64,000 nt of DNA from assembly GCA_045862955.1 (NCBI GenBank), contig BTVI01000011.1, positions 21,646 through 85,645 of the forward strand. The letters are read 5' to 3'. The DNA comes from Fimbriimonadales bacterium. Its GTDB lineage: Bacteria; Armatimonadota; Fimbriimonadia; Fimbriimonadales; JABRVX01. Positions 41,682 through 52,525 of the stretch are shown here, in pieces. How positions within the stretch are numbered: the first letter of the stretch is position 1; each line of letters starts with the position of its first letter. The position numbers were made by a program, and so were the translations under genes. The notes under the pieces were generated by a model. It made no database searches and had not been told where the DNA came from. It saw only the letters and a list, made by a program, of their open reading frames with translations.

Positions 41682-42425
41682 CTAGGAACCGGTCGGGAGC
41701 TTCGTACCCGGATCGCTCTCCGCCCCCTCGGGCTCGGGGTTGGCAAGACTGATCGTCGCGAGGTCGGGAGGGGATGAGGCCTCGAGACCATTTCGCTCGA
41801 GGAGAACTGTGCGAAGAATCTCTCGATACATGCGCGCGCGCTCCAGCGCGCCCCGAAAAAGACCCAGCTTCTCCTCCTTCATCGGGTGAGTCACTCCGCG
41901 TAACGGAACGCGTCGGACGGGCCACCGCTTGCGCCTCGCATACCGATTGATGCGAACCTCCACATCCATCCTCGAGCAGTCGAGCTTCGGAACCTCGAGG
42001 AAAAGGCTGCGGCGAATCGCCCTCTGTCCGCTGATGTTCGGCGAGACGCGTTGCGCTAGGTCGGTAAGAAACCTACCGCCGCAAAAGCGTCCGATGCACA
42101 TAGCCGCCTCACCGCTAAGCACGGGTTGGAGCAGCACGTCTACATGGCGGGGCGCAAGATTGCGAAGGTCGGCGTCGAGAAAGAGCAACACATCGGCCGA
42201 TGTCACGAGCGCGCCGGCTCGCATCGCCGCGCCCTTGCCCACATTGTGAGGCAGCCTGTACACCCGGACATTCGGGTGACGCATCGCGGCGCTCGCTGTG
42301 CCATCCGACGAACCATCGTCCACGACGATGATCTCAGAGACCAGAGGACACGCTGCAACAGCTTCCAGCACCTGGCTGATGCGACCGGCCTCGTTGAAAG
42401 CCGGTACGATGCACGCGACCCTCAT
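41682..42425 (-). CDS. GT2 glycosyltransferase
   Basis: IVPAFNE, VVDDGSSDGT, GKGAAM, FLDADL. Confidence 0.9.
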   Translation of the reverse strand: MRVACIVPAFNEAGRISQVLEAVAACPLVSEIIVVDDGSSDGTASAAMRHPNVRVYRLPHNVGKGAAMRAGALVTSADVLLFLDADLRNLAPRHVDVLLQPVLSGEAAMCIGRFCGGRFLTDLAQRVSPNISGQRAIRRSLFLEVPKLDCSRMDVEVRINRYARRKRWPVRRVPLRGVTHPMKEEKLGLFRGALERARMYREILRTVLLERNGLEASSPPDLATISLANPEPEGAESDPGTKLPTGS

Positions 42426-43189
42426 GTCTTCGGGCCGGCTCCCTGTTGCTTTGCGATTTCCTCGTTTGCCTTGCGAATCCGATCTTTCGTTAGAGGGTGG
42501 GTCCGCAGTATCTTGTCGAGGTCCGATGTGCCGCCCTTTTCTTTCCGTTGCAGTTTGCCGAAGAAGCGAGTAAGCCCGTTGGGGTCGTACCCAGCGTTAT
42601 ATAGGTACCGAATGGCCAGGCGGTCGGCCTCGTACTCGTCCTCTCGACTGAAGTGAAGCTGGCCGAGGAGAGCTCCGATCTGCGCGACATCCTGTGCGGT
42701 GCCTTTGGTTCCGAGCCCGATGATCAGGTCGAGCCAAAAACCCTGTGTGTACATCTTCGCTATGTGCCGCGCGTGAATGTGTGCGATCTCATGGGCGACA
42801 ACAGACGCGACTTCGTCCGCATCACCTTCCGACAGGTCGAGCAACCCCTTGAACAGGTATACGGGCCCACCCGGCAGGGAGAACGCATTCACTTCCTTGG
42901 AGTCGAGAACTTTGAACGTGTACGGGTACTGCTCGACTTTGTTGCTAGCAAGAATGCGTTGCCCTATCTCCTGCACGAGGGCCTGATCCGCCGGGTTCGG
43001 TGAGAGTTTGTACTCCTTCTCGACCTCTTGGGATGCTTGCTGTCCGATGCGAATCTCCTCGCTCTTGGACATCAGCGCGGTGCTCTTGCAGCTCGAAGTG
43101 ATCCCCACTCCCGCAAGGAGGCCGAGCACGGCAAGCTTCACGAGACGCACCGCCCCCCGAAGTTCTCGCTGGCTATTCTGGCTTCGCAA
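42422..43189 (-). CDS. M48-family zinc metalloprotease, probable lipoprotein
   Basis: VNAFSLPGG, AHEIAH, SREDEYEAD, THP; ITSSC lipobox-like; true start may be further in. Confidence 0.88.
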   Translation of the reverse strand: MRSQNSQRELRGAVRLVKLAVLGLLAGVGITSSCKSTALMSKSEEIRIGQQASQEVEKEYKLSPNPADQALVQEIGQRILASNKVEQYPYTFKVLDSKEVNAFSLPGGPVYLFKGLLDLSEGDADEVASVVAHEIAHIHARHIAKMYTQGFWLDLIIGLGTKGTAQDVAQIGALLGQLHFSREDEYEADRLAIRYLYNAGYDPNGLTRFFGKLQRKEKGGTSDLDKILRTHPLTKDRIRKANEEIAKQQGAGPKT

Positions 43190-44270
43190 AAAGGCTTCCC
43201 CCTTCGAAACGCCCTTTCAGACGCCTCTCCACATCATGCAACCGTCGCTGCAGTCCACACTCCGCGTGGCCGAGCCAACCTCGGAGCGGCATCAGCAGCC
43301 GCCAGTGCATCTCGGTGTGCTCAGCTTTCCACCTGCTCTTGTACTTCTCCTCCCCTCGGAGGAAGTCGAACCATTCGCAGCCGTCCTCGATGGCGTCCCG
43401 AATCGCCTGGCCGACGAGCAGGGCGCCCGGGCTCAGCCGCCGGAACTCGGTGTCGAACCCTGCCTGGTAATACGCAAAGGTCTGACCGTACTGCACCCCG
43501 TAGAGCATCGCGATCGTTCGCCCCGAAGCCTCCAGAGCATATAGCCTAAGCCACCCGCGCTCGGCCGCTTGTCGCGACCAGTCGAGGTGAAAGGCGCGCG
43601 CCCTCCGGCTGGCAAACGAACCAGGCAACCCGCGCCTGTGCCACCGGCTGGAATGCAGGGCGAACAAGGTTCTCATTCCCTCTTCGACCTCGACTCGGCC
43701 GAGTAGCCTGATTCTTCCGCCGATCGCAGCCAGATCGCGATGACCCCGCTTCAGGTTCGAGCGCATCTTGGCGGACAGCATCCGGATGTACTGGTCCCAG
43801 CTCCTCGGCAGCTGTAGGCGCACGGCTCGCGCATCGGGAGTGCAGTGCTCCGCATAACGCACATGGATAGGACTGCCGTCGGGGATCTGCCGTAGGTCCA
43901 GGTAGGCTGCCGGAGTCTGTTCGAGCTGCCGCGCTACGAGATCGGCGACCGCGGCGGAATGACCAGGCAAGGCGATAACTCCCAAGTAATCAGAGTTCCC
44001 AGACCCGATCCAACGGAACGGACGCCCCGGTGACTTGCCGACGAATCCGGGTGCAATGCCGATCGTAGAGTGGCCTTCCCTGACCCTCAAAGCCAATGGG
44101 CTACCGGACCCGAAGTGCCGCCACCACGTCGAGTTCCATTCCCACGTCTGGAAAAAAGTGCGTGCGCCACCTCGTTCCTGCAGGTCGCACCACTCGTCTC
44201 GAAGCGAGGCTAGCGTCTCGGATCCCCAGAAGCACTCGATACTCGGGGCGGGTCGCTCTAACCCAAGCAC
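43173..44270 (-). CDS. GNAT-family acetyltransferase, CelD/BcsL-like
   Basis: FFQTWEW, GNSDY, YYQAGFD, SPGALL, FDFLRGEEKYK. Confidence 0.85.
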   Translation of the reverse strand: MLGLERPAPSIECFWGSETLASLRDEWCDLQERGGARTFFQTWEWNSTWWRHFGSGSPLALRVREGHSTIGIAPGFVGKSPGRPFRWIGSGNSDYLGVIALPGHSAAVADLVARQLEQTPAAYLDLRQIPDGSPIHVRYAEHCTPDARAVRLQLPRSWDQYIRMLSAKMRSNLKRGHRDLAAIGGRIRLLGRVEVEEGMRTLFALHSSRWHRRGLPGSFASRRARAFHLDWSRQAAERGWLRLYALEASGRTIAMLYGVQYGQTFAYYQAGFDTEFRRLSPGALLVGQAIRDAIEDGCEWFDFLRGEEKYKSRWKAEHTEMHWRLLMPLRGWLGHAECGLQRRLHDVERRLKGRFEGGSLFAKPE

Positions 44271-44373
44271 GAAGCGGAGTATAGCACGCCTTCCTCCGGT
44301 GCGCCGCCGATAATCCTAAGGGATATCCGCCCCGAGACCCGATCGAGGCGGAACCGAAGGGGAGGCTGCAAGG

Positions 44374-45567
44374 ATGAAAGGTTGCGTCGCGCAGTGCAAG
44401 CGATTCTGGCTGTCCGAGACCGAGACGGCGATAGACAGGCACGTGCGATCGCTGCGCCGGCACCCCTCCATCGTCTTCGCTCAGCAGGTGCGGGTCGGGG
44501 CCGAGTACCCTTATCCCGTTTTCATGCCGCCGGCAGCAAGCGGGAGTCCACTCCAGGCGCTCACGCGAGGTCGCCTCATGTCCCCCGCAGTCCGGGATTG
44601 GCTCTGCCTGGAGTTCCTTTGTCGCGACGTCCGCCTAGTCCACGCGCACTTCGCCACCGATGCCATCTTCTATTCACCCGCAGCCGAGGCGGCAGACGTG
44701 CCGATGCTGGTGTCCTGCCACGGGCACGACGTCTACCGCTTCCCGCGAACATTCTCGGGGCTCGCTCGCTGGATGCTGCGCCGGCTGTTTTCGAAGGCAG
44801 CGATGGTCACTGCCGTCTCCGAACACATGCGAGGGGAAATCATTTCCCTAGGCTGTCCTCCGGACAAGGTCAGAACGGTGCGCGTGGGCATAGACCTAGC
44901 CGACAGGGAGTTTCGACCCCCGACACCCAATCCGCGCCGCACCCGTTTCGCCTGCATCGCTGGACTGCGACCGAAGAAGGGCATCCCCTATCTCATCGAA
45001 GCATTCGGTAAGGTAGCGACCGTGCGCTCGGACGCCGAACTCGTGATCGTGGGAGATGGACCGATGCGCCCGAGGATCGAGCGATGCATCGAGCAGCATC
45101 GCCTGTGGGGCAAGGTAGTGCTCACCGGAGCGCTGCGCCCCCATGAGATAAGGAGGGTGCTCGAGACAGCCCACATCTACGTGCAGCCGAGCGTAACTGC
45201 GCCCGACGGGGACCGGGAGGGCATTCCGGCCACGTTGATGGAGGCGATGGCCCGGGGCCTGCCCGTCATCGCTACCAGGCATTCGGGCATCCCGGAACTC
45301 GTGCAAGACGGAGTCAGTGGGTACCTGGTGGACGAACGCGACCCATCGGCGCTGGCCGAGGCCATGCTGCTCTCGATGGAGCGCTCGCATTCCTGGGAGG
45401 CGATGGGGCAAGCAGGTCGCGCCGCCATCGAGCGCGATCACGATCTGACGAAGCAGACGGCAGTCGTCGAGGACCTTTACGAGGAGCTGCTGACCGTCCA
45501 AGACAGTGCAGTGGTGATCCCCATCGGCCAGGTGAGGCCCGAGGAAGCCTCACGACCTGCTGCATAG
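44374..45567 (+). CDS. GT4 glycosyltransferase (WcaL-like)
   Basis: HAHF, HGHDV, KKG, DGDREGIPATLMEAMA, TRHSGIPE. Confidence 0.88.
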   Translation: MKGCVAQCKRFWLSETETAIDRHVRSLRRHPSIVFAQQVRVGAEYPYPVFMPPAASGSPLQALTRGRLMSPAVRDWLCLEFLCRDVRLVHAHFATDAIFYSPAAEAADVPMLVSCHGHDVYRFPRTFSGLARWMLRRLFSKAAMVTAVSEHMRGEIISLGCPPDKVRTVRVGIDLADREFRPPTPNPRRTRFACIAGLRPKKGIPYLIEAFGKVATVRSDAELVIVGDGPMRPRIERCIEQHRLWGKVVLTGALRPHEIRRVLETAHIYVQPSVTAPDGDREGIPATLMEAMARGLPVIATRHSGIPELVQDGVSGYLVDERDPSALAEAMLLSMERSHSWEAMGQAGRAAIERDHDLTKQTAVVEDLYEELLTVQDSAVVIPIGQVRPEEASRPAA

Positions 45568-45625
45568 AGCCTCGGCCTGAAGGAAGATCCGTTCCGACGG
45601 TGAACCAAGAAGCGGAGGTACCACC

Positions 45626-46723
45626 TTGCCGGTTCACATAGACGACATGCTGCGCGACCTCGTGGCGCGGGACGCGAGCGACCTGCACATCAAGGCCGGG
45701 AAGCGCCCTGTGATGCGCATTCATGGACAGCTCACGATCACGGACTATCCTGCGTTGTCTGACACCGAGACCCAGGAGTTCTTGTACAGCATCCTGAATG
45801 ACGAGCGCCAGCGGCGATACGAGGACTTTCGCGAGCTAGATCTCTCGTACGAAGTCAAAGGCGTTGCCCGCTTCCGCGTCAACATGTTCTGGCAGCGAGG
45901 GAGGCCGGGCGCAGTATTCCGCGTCATCCCATTCCGAATTCGCACGATTGACGAGCTGATGCTGCCAGAGGTGACGAAGAAAATCGCGATGCTGCCGCGA
46001 GGCCTCGTACTGGTTACCGGCCCGACTGGATGCGGCAAGTCTACTTCGCTAGCGGCGATCATCGATTACATCAACACACATCGGCGCTGTCACGTGATGA
46101 CCATCGAGGACCCCATCGAGTACTGGCACGAGGACAAGATGAGCATCATCAACCAGCGCGAGGCCCACGTGGACACCCACTCCTTCCCGGATGCCTTGCG
46201 CCACGTCATGCGTCAGAACCCGGATGTCATCCTGCTCGGCGAGATGCGCGACTTGGAAACCATCTCACTGGCCATCACCGCTGCGGAAACCGGCCACCTC
46301 GTGTTCTCCACCCTGCACACCGTGGATGCGGCGCAGACGATAGACCGTATCGTGGACGTGTTCAACCCAGAACAGCAGGAGCAGATCAGAACACAGCTCG
46401 CGGTGACCATTCAAGCCATCCTGTCGCAAGCTCTGCTGCCTCGCAAGGACATCGCCGGACGAGTGGCTGCGTTCGAGGTTATGGTGGCCACGCAGGCCAT
46501 TCGCTCACTGATACGAGACGGCAAGACCCCGCAGCTCTATCTCGACATCCAGACCGGCTCCGAGCACGGAATGCAGACGCTGGACAGCGCACTGCTGAAG
46601 CTGGTCAAGGAGGGTCTGGTGGACTACGAGGTCGCACTCTCGAAGTCGTCATTCCCGCAGGAGTTCATCAAACGTGCGTCTACGATGGGAATCGTAAAGG
46701 AGGCCCCCGGTGCAGTCAGTTGA
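45626..46723 (+). CDS. pilT: Type IV pilus retraction ATPase PilT
   Basis: ASDLHI, GPTGCGKST, TIEDPIE, GEMRD, AETGHLV, AIRSLIRD. Confidence 0.9.
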   Translation: MPVHIDDMLRDLVARDASDLHIKAGKRPVMRIHGQLTITDYPALSDTETQEFLYSILNDERQRRYEDFRELDLSYEVKGVARFRVNMFWQRGRPGAVFRVIPFRIRTIDELMLPEVTKKIAMLPRGLVLVTGPTGCGKSTSLAAIIDYINTHRRCHVMTIEDPIEYWHEDKMSIINQREAHVDTHSFPDALRHVMRQNPDVILLGEMRDLETISLAITAAETGHLVFSTLHTVDAAQTIDRIVDVFNPEQQEQIRTQLAVTIQAILSQALLPRKDIAGRVAAFEVMVATQAIRSLIRDGKTPQLYLDIQTGSEHGMQTLDSALLKLVKEGLVDYEVALSKSSFPQEFIKRASTMGIVKEAPGAVS

Positions 46724-47918
46724 CGACCTGCTACGCTACACGGTCGAGCACGACGCCTCCGACCTCCATCTGAAGGCCGATTCGACTCCCTACGTGCGCA
46801 TCTATGGCGACCTGTACCCGGTTGGCGACAAGATCTACACGTCGGAAGAGCACACGGAGATGCTTCGAGCCATCTTGACGGAGCATCAGTGGTTGCAGTT
46901 CGAACACGATCTGGAGTTGGACTTCGCGCACGAGATCCCAGGACTCGCGCGATTCCGAGGCAATATCTACCAGCAGCGCAATCGCATTCAGGCCGCCTTT
47001 CGTGTCATTCCGCTCCGCATCCAAACGCTCGAGGAGATTCACGCTCCCAAGGTCTGCGAGTACTTCGCTACCCGGCCGCGTGGATTTGTTCTGGTGACCG
47101 GGCCTGCGGGCTCGGGAAAGTCCACGACGCAAGCCGCGATGATCAACCTCATCAACCAGACCCAGGCTCAACATATCGTTACCGTCGAGGACCCCATCGA
47201 GTTCGTCCACGAGGATGTCATGTCGCACATCAACCAGCGAGAGGTGGGCAACGATACCAAGTCCTTCGCGAATGCACTGAAGTTCGTGCTCCGTCAAGAC
47301 CCGGACGTCATCCTCGTGGGCGAGATGAGAGACTTGGAAACCATCCACCTCGCCATCACCGCTGCCGAGACAGGACACCTCGTATTCGGCACCCTTCACA
47401 CGGTGGACGCCGTGCAGACCGTGGACCGCGTGATCGACGTGTTCCCAATGCACCAGCAGCAGCAGGTCCGTATGCAGCTATCGGTCAACCTGGTCGGCGT
47501 CATCTCGCAGACCCTGGTGAAACGCGCCGACGGGAAGGGGAGAATCGCCGCATTCGAGACCCTGGTCGCCACCCCCGCCGTGCGCAACCTGATCCGCGAA
47601 AACAAGAGCTTTCAGATCGGCTCCATCATCCAGACCGGCGCACGCCAGGGAATGCAGACGCTGGATCAGAGCATCGCCAAGCTGGTTCGGGCAGGTCTCG
47701 TTACTCAGGAGGACGGGTACGCGAAGTCGAAAGACCCGGGCGAGTTTATGCGGCTGCTGCAGGCCGGTGGCGACCAACCCGGACAGCAGCAATCCCAGCA
47801 GGCCCAGCCGCCAGGCCCGCCCCGGCCGGCAGGCGGTGTCCCCGGCCAACCGAATCGCCCCTCGGTCGGCGGCTACCGCCCCCCCGACCAACAGGGCGGC
47901 ACGGGACCTGGGAGGTAG
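46710..47918 (+). CDS. pilT: Second PilT/PilU-family ATPase with Q/P/G-rich tail
   Basis: GPAGSGKST, RQDPDVILVGEMRD, AVRNLIRE. Confidence 0.88.
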   Translation: MQSVDDLLRYTVEHDASDLHLKADSTPYVRIYGDLYPVGDKIYTSEEHTEMLRAILTEHQWLQFEHDLELDFAHEIPGLARFRGNIYQQRNRIQAAFRVIPLRIQTLEEIHAPKVCEYFATRPRGFVLVTGPAGSGKSTTQAAMINLINQTQAQHIVTVEDPIEFVHEDVMSHINQREVGNDTKSFANALKFVLRQDPDVILVGEMRDLETIHLAITAAETGHLVFGTLHTVDAVQTVDRVIDVFPMHQQQQVRMQLSVNLVGVISQTLVKRADGKGRIAAFETLVATPAVRNLIRENKSFQIGSIIQTGARQGMQTLDQSIAKLVRAGLVTQEDGYAKSKDPGEFMRLLQAGGDQPGQQQSQQAQPPGPPRPAGGVPGQPNRPSVGGYRPPDQQGGTGPGR

Positions 47919-48066
47919 GCTCCAAGCGGCGTCGAGCTTGGGCCGAGTCCTATCCCACGGCACGGTCCCTAGACTCTAGAGAGTGTGCTCGGTAGCTGGA
48001 AGTTGGCGGATGTGGACCATGAGGCTTGCGCCCGCCGACAAGCTAGGGACCGCGCCGGGCCACTGG

Positions 48067-48109
48067 CCGTTCTTCGGCAGCTTAGCGGAGTGGCGCTGCC
48101 GAAGAACGG
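48067..48109. repeat. 15-bp perfect inverted repeat between convergent genes
   Basis: CCGTTCTTCGGCAGC-N13-GCTGCCGAAGAACGG. Confidence 0.7.
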
Positions 48110-48250
48110 GGCAGGCCTCTCCTTCGCGTAGGAGTGCGATACCGCGGGGGTTCCGGTAGTTACGTAGGCCTCTCCTCTGCGGTCTTAGCGACCGCTCTGC
48201 GCCCCCTGCGTGAACCCGCGGGTGCCTTGGTGGCGCCACGACACCAGGCT

Positions 48251-51200
48251 CTACCTCGTCGCCGTGAACGTGTACTCCCCAGCCTTCACCTTGCACACCG
48301 CAGCGCCGGCGACGGGCGCGAGAGCCTCCACACCCGCCGCCTCGCTGAGGGGGTGTCCCGCGAGGCGCGCACTCCCGGGGTCGGTCGTCGGTACGTACAC
48401 CGTCGCCTCGCACCCCGACGGCACGGTCACCCGCATCCCGAACTGGCCGTTGACCAGGCTCCAGCTCACTCGAATCGGCCCGCGGATCGACCGGTATTCC
48501 GCCGTCGCCGTCGTGAGCGAGCCCCCCGGCACCGGCCGAATCTCGAACCGCCTCATCGCGTCGCCATCCTCCAAAGGCCGAATACCCGCCACCATCTCGA
48601 CGAGCCACTCTCCGATGCATCCGAAGGCGTAATGGCTGAACGAGTTCATGCCCGGGTTCTGGAATCCGCGGCCGGCAACGTATCCATCCCAACGCTCCCA
48701 GATTGTCGTCGCACCCTGCTCTATGGGGTAGCGCCAAGAAGGCGGCGTGCGGTTGTCCAGCAGCTTGTACGCGACATCGGCATGCCCTCGAGCGACCAGT
48801 TGCCTCATCAGGCAACGCGTCGTGTGAAAGCCGGTCGAAAGGTGTCCGCCGTACGCCTCGATAGCCGCCAGCAGGTGCTCTACGGCTTTGGGCTGCAGGT
48901 GCTCGGGCAGCAGGTCGAACTCCAAAGCGATCGCATAGCCAGCTTGTGTGTCGCCGAGGATCTTCCCGTCCGGCTGCACGTAGTGCTGTACGAAGGCGTC
49001 GCGCACTTTGCGCCAGGCGGCCTCGTACCGTATTTCTTCGTCCGGCTTCCCGAGCGCGCCTGCCATCTTGCCTAGAATGCGTGTGCTCTGTGCGAGGAAG
49101 GCGGTAGCGAATGCCTCTTTCGGCATTTCGCCCGTCACCTTCGGCATATCCGGCAGCACGAGAGTGTCCGAGTTGAGCCAGTCGCCGTAATCGTTGCCGC
49201 GGACGTTCCGCCAGATGCCGTCCGGGTTCTTGGAGTGCACGAACTCCACCCACTTCTTCGCGGCATCGTACTGCTCGGCGAGCAGCCGCTTGTCGCCGTA
49301 ACGGACGTAGGCACTCCAAGGCACGAATACCCCGGCATCAGCCCACGCCGGAGCTCCCGAGAAGCGCGCATCGGGATCATAAGGGTGGGGCGAAACGTCT
49401 CCGAACCGACCATCCTGCGCTTGCGCCTCCCGCACGTCCCTCAGCCACTTGGTGAAGAATGCCGCCATGTCCATGTTGAACATCGCGGTCTCGGCGAAGG
49501 CAAGGATGTCGCCCATCCAGCCCAGCCGCTCGTCGCGTTGCGGGCAATCGGTCGGAACGCTGTACATGTTGCTCCGCTGCGTCCACAGCACGTTCTGCAT
49601 CAGGCGGTTCAACTGTGGGTCCGAACAGGAGAAGTCCAGGGTCTCCGGAGGGTTGGAGTGCACCACGCAAGCAGTGATCTCCGGAGGCTCCGGGAGCCCC
49701 GACACTTCGACGTAACGGAACCCGTGATAGGTGAAGCGAGGCTCGAAAGCCTCTCGCCCCTCCCCGCGGAAGATGTACACGTCCGTTTGAGCCGCGCTCC
49801 GCAGGTTGGTGGTGTACAGGCCTCCACTCTCGTCTTTCATCTCGCCGTGACGCAGCGTCACCTGCGTGCCGGCCGGCGCGCTCGCCGTCAGCCTGCACCA
49901 GCCCGTCTGGTTCTGCCCGAAGTCCACGAGGAAGCTGTCCGGACCTAGCCGGGTGACCGACTGAGGCTCGAGTTCCTGAGCGACGCGAATGGGCTCGTTC
50001 GGCTGCGGAGTCATCCGAATATCGGGTCGGGCCAACGCCACCGGGCTCCAACCGGAATCGTCGAAGCCGGGTTCCGTCCAACCAGGCATCTCGCGACGGG
50101 CGTCGTATGTGACGCCGTCCAGCAAGTCGGTGACACGCCACGGCCCCTCCCGCGTGCTGCGCCAACTCTCGTCTGTCACAAGCGTGTCACGCTTGCCATC
50201 GTCGTACTCCATCTCTATCTGGACGTAGAGTGCCGGAGTCGGGCCGTAGATGCGTCTGGGCGGTCCGTCCGGCACCACACCCGCCAGTCCGAGCCGCCCG
50301 GCATACCATCCGTCTCCTACCACGGCACCGATCGCGTTCTCTCCGGCGTGCAGCAGCTCCGTGACGTCGTAAGCCTGATACTGCACTCGCTGCTCGTAGT
50401 CCGTCCACTCGGGTGCTAGCACCTGTTCGCCCACGCGCTTGCCGTTGACGAACAGCTCGTAGATGCCCAGAGCCGACACGTATGCCATCGCGCGTACGGG
50501 TGCTGAGACGAGGCTGACCTGGCGCCGGAACATCGGTGCGGGCATCGGTTCGGTGCCCAACGGCCCGTGTGAGTGCAAAACGCCGTCCACCAAGAACTCG
50601 CGCCTCCAGTGCGCATTCTCCAGGCTTTCCGAAGACCGAACCTGGGCACCCTGCGACACCACCGTCTCCCCGTTCAGCACCTGCAACTCGGCCAGCGCGA
50701 ACCCATACTCGTTTGGGCTCCTGCCGGCCAGCCGCGTCACTTCCAGCTTCACGTACCGGCAGCTAACGGCAGGGAAGCGGTACGTCTGCGCCTGATCACC
50801 GGGGTTCGGGATGTCGCTGCCGGTCTCGTCCAGAACGGTGAGGGAACGCTGGAACTCGTCCTCGTCACTGACCATGATGCGGAACCTGACCGGATAGAGA
50901 AAGCCGGGCGTGTCTTGCCAATCGAACGGCCGCGCAGGAAACAATCGCACGCCGTCCACTCGCTCGGCCCGAGCGAGGGCGACGATGACTTCCTGCGTCG
51001 TGTCCGGGCTCTCGACCAATCGCGTGTGAAAGCCGTTCCTGGGCGGCTCGTACTTCGGCACCGGAGTCGGCTCGATGACCCACCGTCCCTTCCAGTCCCC
51101 GGGATGCAGCAGCCCCATCACCCAGCGGGCGGCAGCGCTCCATCCCGACTCTCGCCCTGCCGCATCCCACGTCCGGACCCGCCACCAGCACACCTGGCGC

Positions 51201-51496
51201 GAAAGGAGCGGCTTGCCCTCGTACTCGATGTGAATGCTCTCCTGCGATTCGACCCTGCCAGAGTCCCAGAGATCGGCTTCTCCACCAAGTAGACCCTCCA
51301 GCGTTCCAGCAACCTGGATCTGATAAGCGGATTGGCTTTCCCCGGCGGGTATCCAGTACAAGCGCGGTGACGCGGCAGCTACCGCGAGTGGCTCTGTCAG
51401 GTACTCACAGCGAAGGTTCGTCGGTGCGCCGGGGGCGGAAGCGATTTGGGTAGTCATCGCGACTCCTAATAGTGCGAGCAGGGATGGAAGCAACAT
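48251..51496 (-). CDS. Secreted GH78 alpha-L-rhamnosidase with an inserted discoidin-like domain
   Basis: Signal peptide; LRCEY, DFGQN, FTYHGFRY, PTDCPQRDERLGWMGD, GATTIWERW, MNSFSHY. Confidence 0.92.
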   Translation of the reverse strand: MLLPSLLALLGVAMTTQIASAPGAPTNLRCEYLTEPLAVAAASPRLYWIPAGESQSAYQIQVAGTLEGLLGGEADLWDSGRVESQESIHIEYEGKPLLSRQVCWWRVRTWDAAGRESGWSAAARWVMGLLHPGDWKGRWVIEPTPVPKYEPPRNGFHTRLVESPDTTQEVIVALARAERVDGVRLFPARPFDWQDTPGFLYPVRFRIMVSDEDEFQRSLTVLDETGSDIPNPGDQAQTYRFPAVSCRYVKLEVTRLAGRSPNEYGFALAELQVLNGETVVSQGAQVRSSESLENAHWRREFLVDGVLHSHGPLGTEPMPAPMFRRQVSLVSAPVRAMAYVSALGIYELFVNGKRVGEQVLAPEWTDYEQRVQYQAYDVTELLHAGENAIGAVVGDGWYAGRLGLAGVVPDGPPRRIYGPTPALYVQIEMEYDDGKRDTLVTDESWRSTREGPWRVTDLLDGVTYDARREMPGWTEPGFDDSGWSPVALARPDIRMTPQPNEPIRVAQELEPQSVTRLGPDSFLVDFGQNQTGWCRLTASAPAGTQVTLRHGEMKDESGGLYTTNLRSAAQTDVYIFRGEGREAFEPRFTYHGFRYVEVSGLPEPPEITACVVHSNPPETLDFSCSDPQLNRLMQNVLWTQRSNMYSVPTDCPQRDERLGWMGDILAFAETAMFNMDMAAFFTKWLRDVREAQAQDGRFGDVSPHPYDPDARFSGAPAWADAGVFVPWSAYVRYGDKRLLAEQYDAAKKWVEFVHSKNPDGIWRNVRGNDYGDWLNSDTLVLPDMPKVTGEMPKEAFATAFLAQSTRILGKMAGALGKPDEEIRYEAAWRKVRDAFVQHYVQPDGKILGDTQAGYAIALEFDLLPEHLQPKAVEHLLAAIEAYGGHLSTGFHTTRCLMRQLVARGHADVAYKLLDNRTPPSWRYPIEQGATTIWERWDGYVAGRGFQNPGMNSFSHYAFGCIGEWLVEMVAGIRPLEDGDAMRRFEIRPVPGGSLTTATAEYRSIRGPIRVSWSLVNGQFGMRVTVPSGCEATVYVPTTDPGSARLAGHPLSEAAGVEALAPVAGAAVCKVKAGEYTFTATR

Positions 51497-51580
51497 GTGA
51501 CCTCGCCCCCTGCTTCGACGCGATGCGGGGCGCAACCTGCGACCCCTGGGTCTCGGGGCTTTGAGCCTCAGAGCAGACGG

Positions 51581-52519
51581 CTACGGGGAGCCCGATCCCT
51601 GCATCAAGCCATTCAGCGCCCGTCGGAGGTCGTCCACGGTGAAGATGGGCATCGCGTTGATCTCTTGCAGCACTCCGAGATAGCTCTGCGAGCATCTTCC
51701 GCCTACCAAAATCGGGTAGTCGGCGCCAACGCAGGCACGGAGTGCGCGAAGCTCGCTCGCTGTGAACGGATCGCCCGGCGGAAACGAGATGCTGAGGGCG
51801 ATGGCGCGCGCGCCGGCTTGCTCGGAGGTGGCGGCGAGCTCCGTTGCAGGGGTACTGGCTCCGAGATACACTGCGCGCCATCCCCAGGCCGTCGCGAGCA
51901 ACGAGACCGACAGTGCACCGATTTCGTGAAGCTGCCCGGCGGGAGTGCCGGTGACCAAGACCGGAGCTCCCGGAGCAGGATGGGTCTCCTCTAGCAGTCC
52001 GCCGAGGAACGTCCGAACGACCGACGAGGCCATGTGTTCTTGCCCGACACGTACATGGCCTTCCGCCCACGAGTCGCCGATCCACTCCATAAGCGGGGCA
52101 ATCAGCTGCGAGATCATCATTGGGCGGCTGAGCGCCACCGCGGCTCGGCGAAGGCCTCGGTCCAAACCCTCGGGGTCCAACCTCGTGACAGCGTCCTTGC
52201 ATCTCTGCAGGAGATCGTCCGCACTCGACGAGGGAGACTCTTTCGCCGGGGGAGCACTTACGGAGCGGGCCGTTCGTACCAGCTCTCTGAGAGTCTCGGT
52301 CGGCAGCCGGGCTATCTGCCCAATGCCGTGTCCAGCAGCGACGGCATCGCGAAGCAGCGAGAGACGCTCTAGATCCTCGTCGGAGTAGAGGCGCCGGTTG
52401 GTCCCCGTTCGGACGGGGTCCACGGCGGAGTACCGCCTCTCCCACATGCGGATCAGGTGGTGCGAGAGCCCCGTGGCACGCGAGATCGCACGAATCGTGT
52501 ACATGGGTTCGTCGGACAT
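51581..52519 (-). CDS. MerR-family cobalamin-binding regulator, CarH/LitR-like photoreceptor
   Basis: MerR HTH (IRMWERRY, RRLYS), W-x9-EH (WAEGHVRVGQEH), GQLHEIG, YLG, LSIS, LVGG B12-binding motifs. Confidence 0.88.
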   Translation of the reverse strand: MSDEPMYTIRAISRATGLSHHLIRMWERRYSAVDPVRTGTNRRLYSDEDLERLSLLRDAVAAGHGIGQIARLPTETLRELVRTARSVSAPPAKESPSSSADDLLQRCKDAVTRLDPEGLDRGLRRAAVALSRPMMISQLIAPLMEWIGDSWAEGHVRVGQEHMASSVVRTFLGGLLEETHPAPGAPVLVTGTPAGQLHEIGALSVSLLATAWGWRAVYLGASTPATELAATSEQAGARAIALSISFPPGDPFTASELRALRACVGADYPILVGGRCSQSYLGVLQEINAMPIFTVDDLRRALNGLMQGSGSP

Positions 52520-52525
52520 ACCCTC

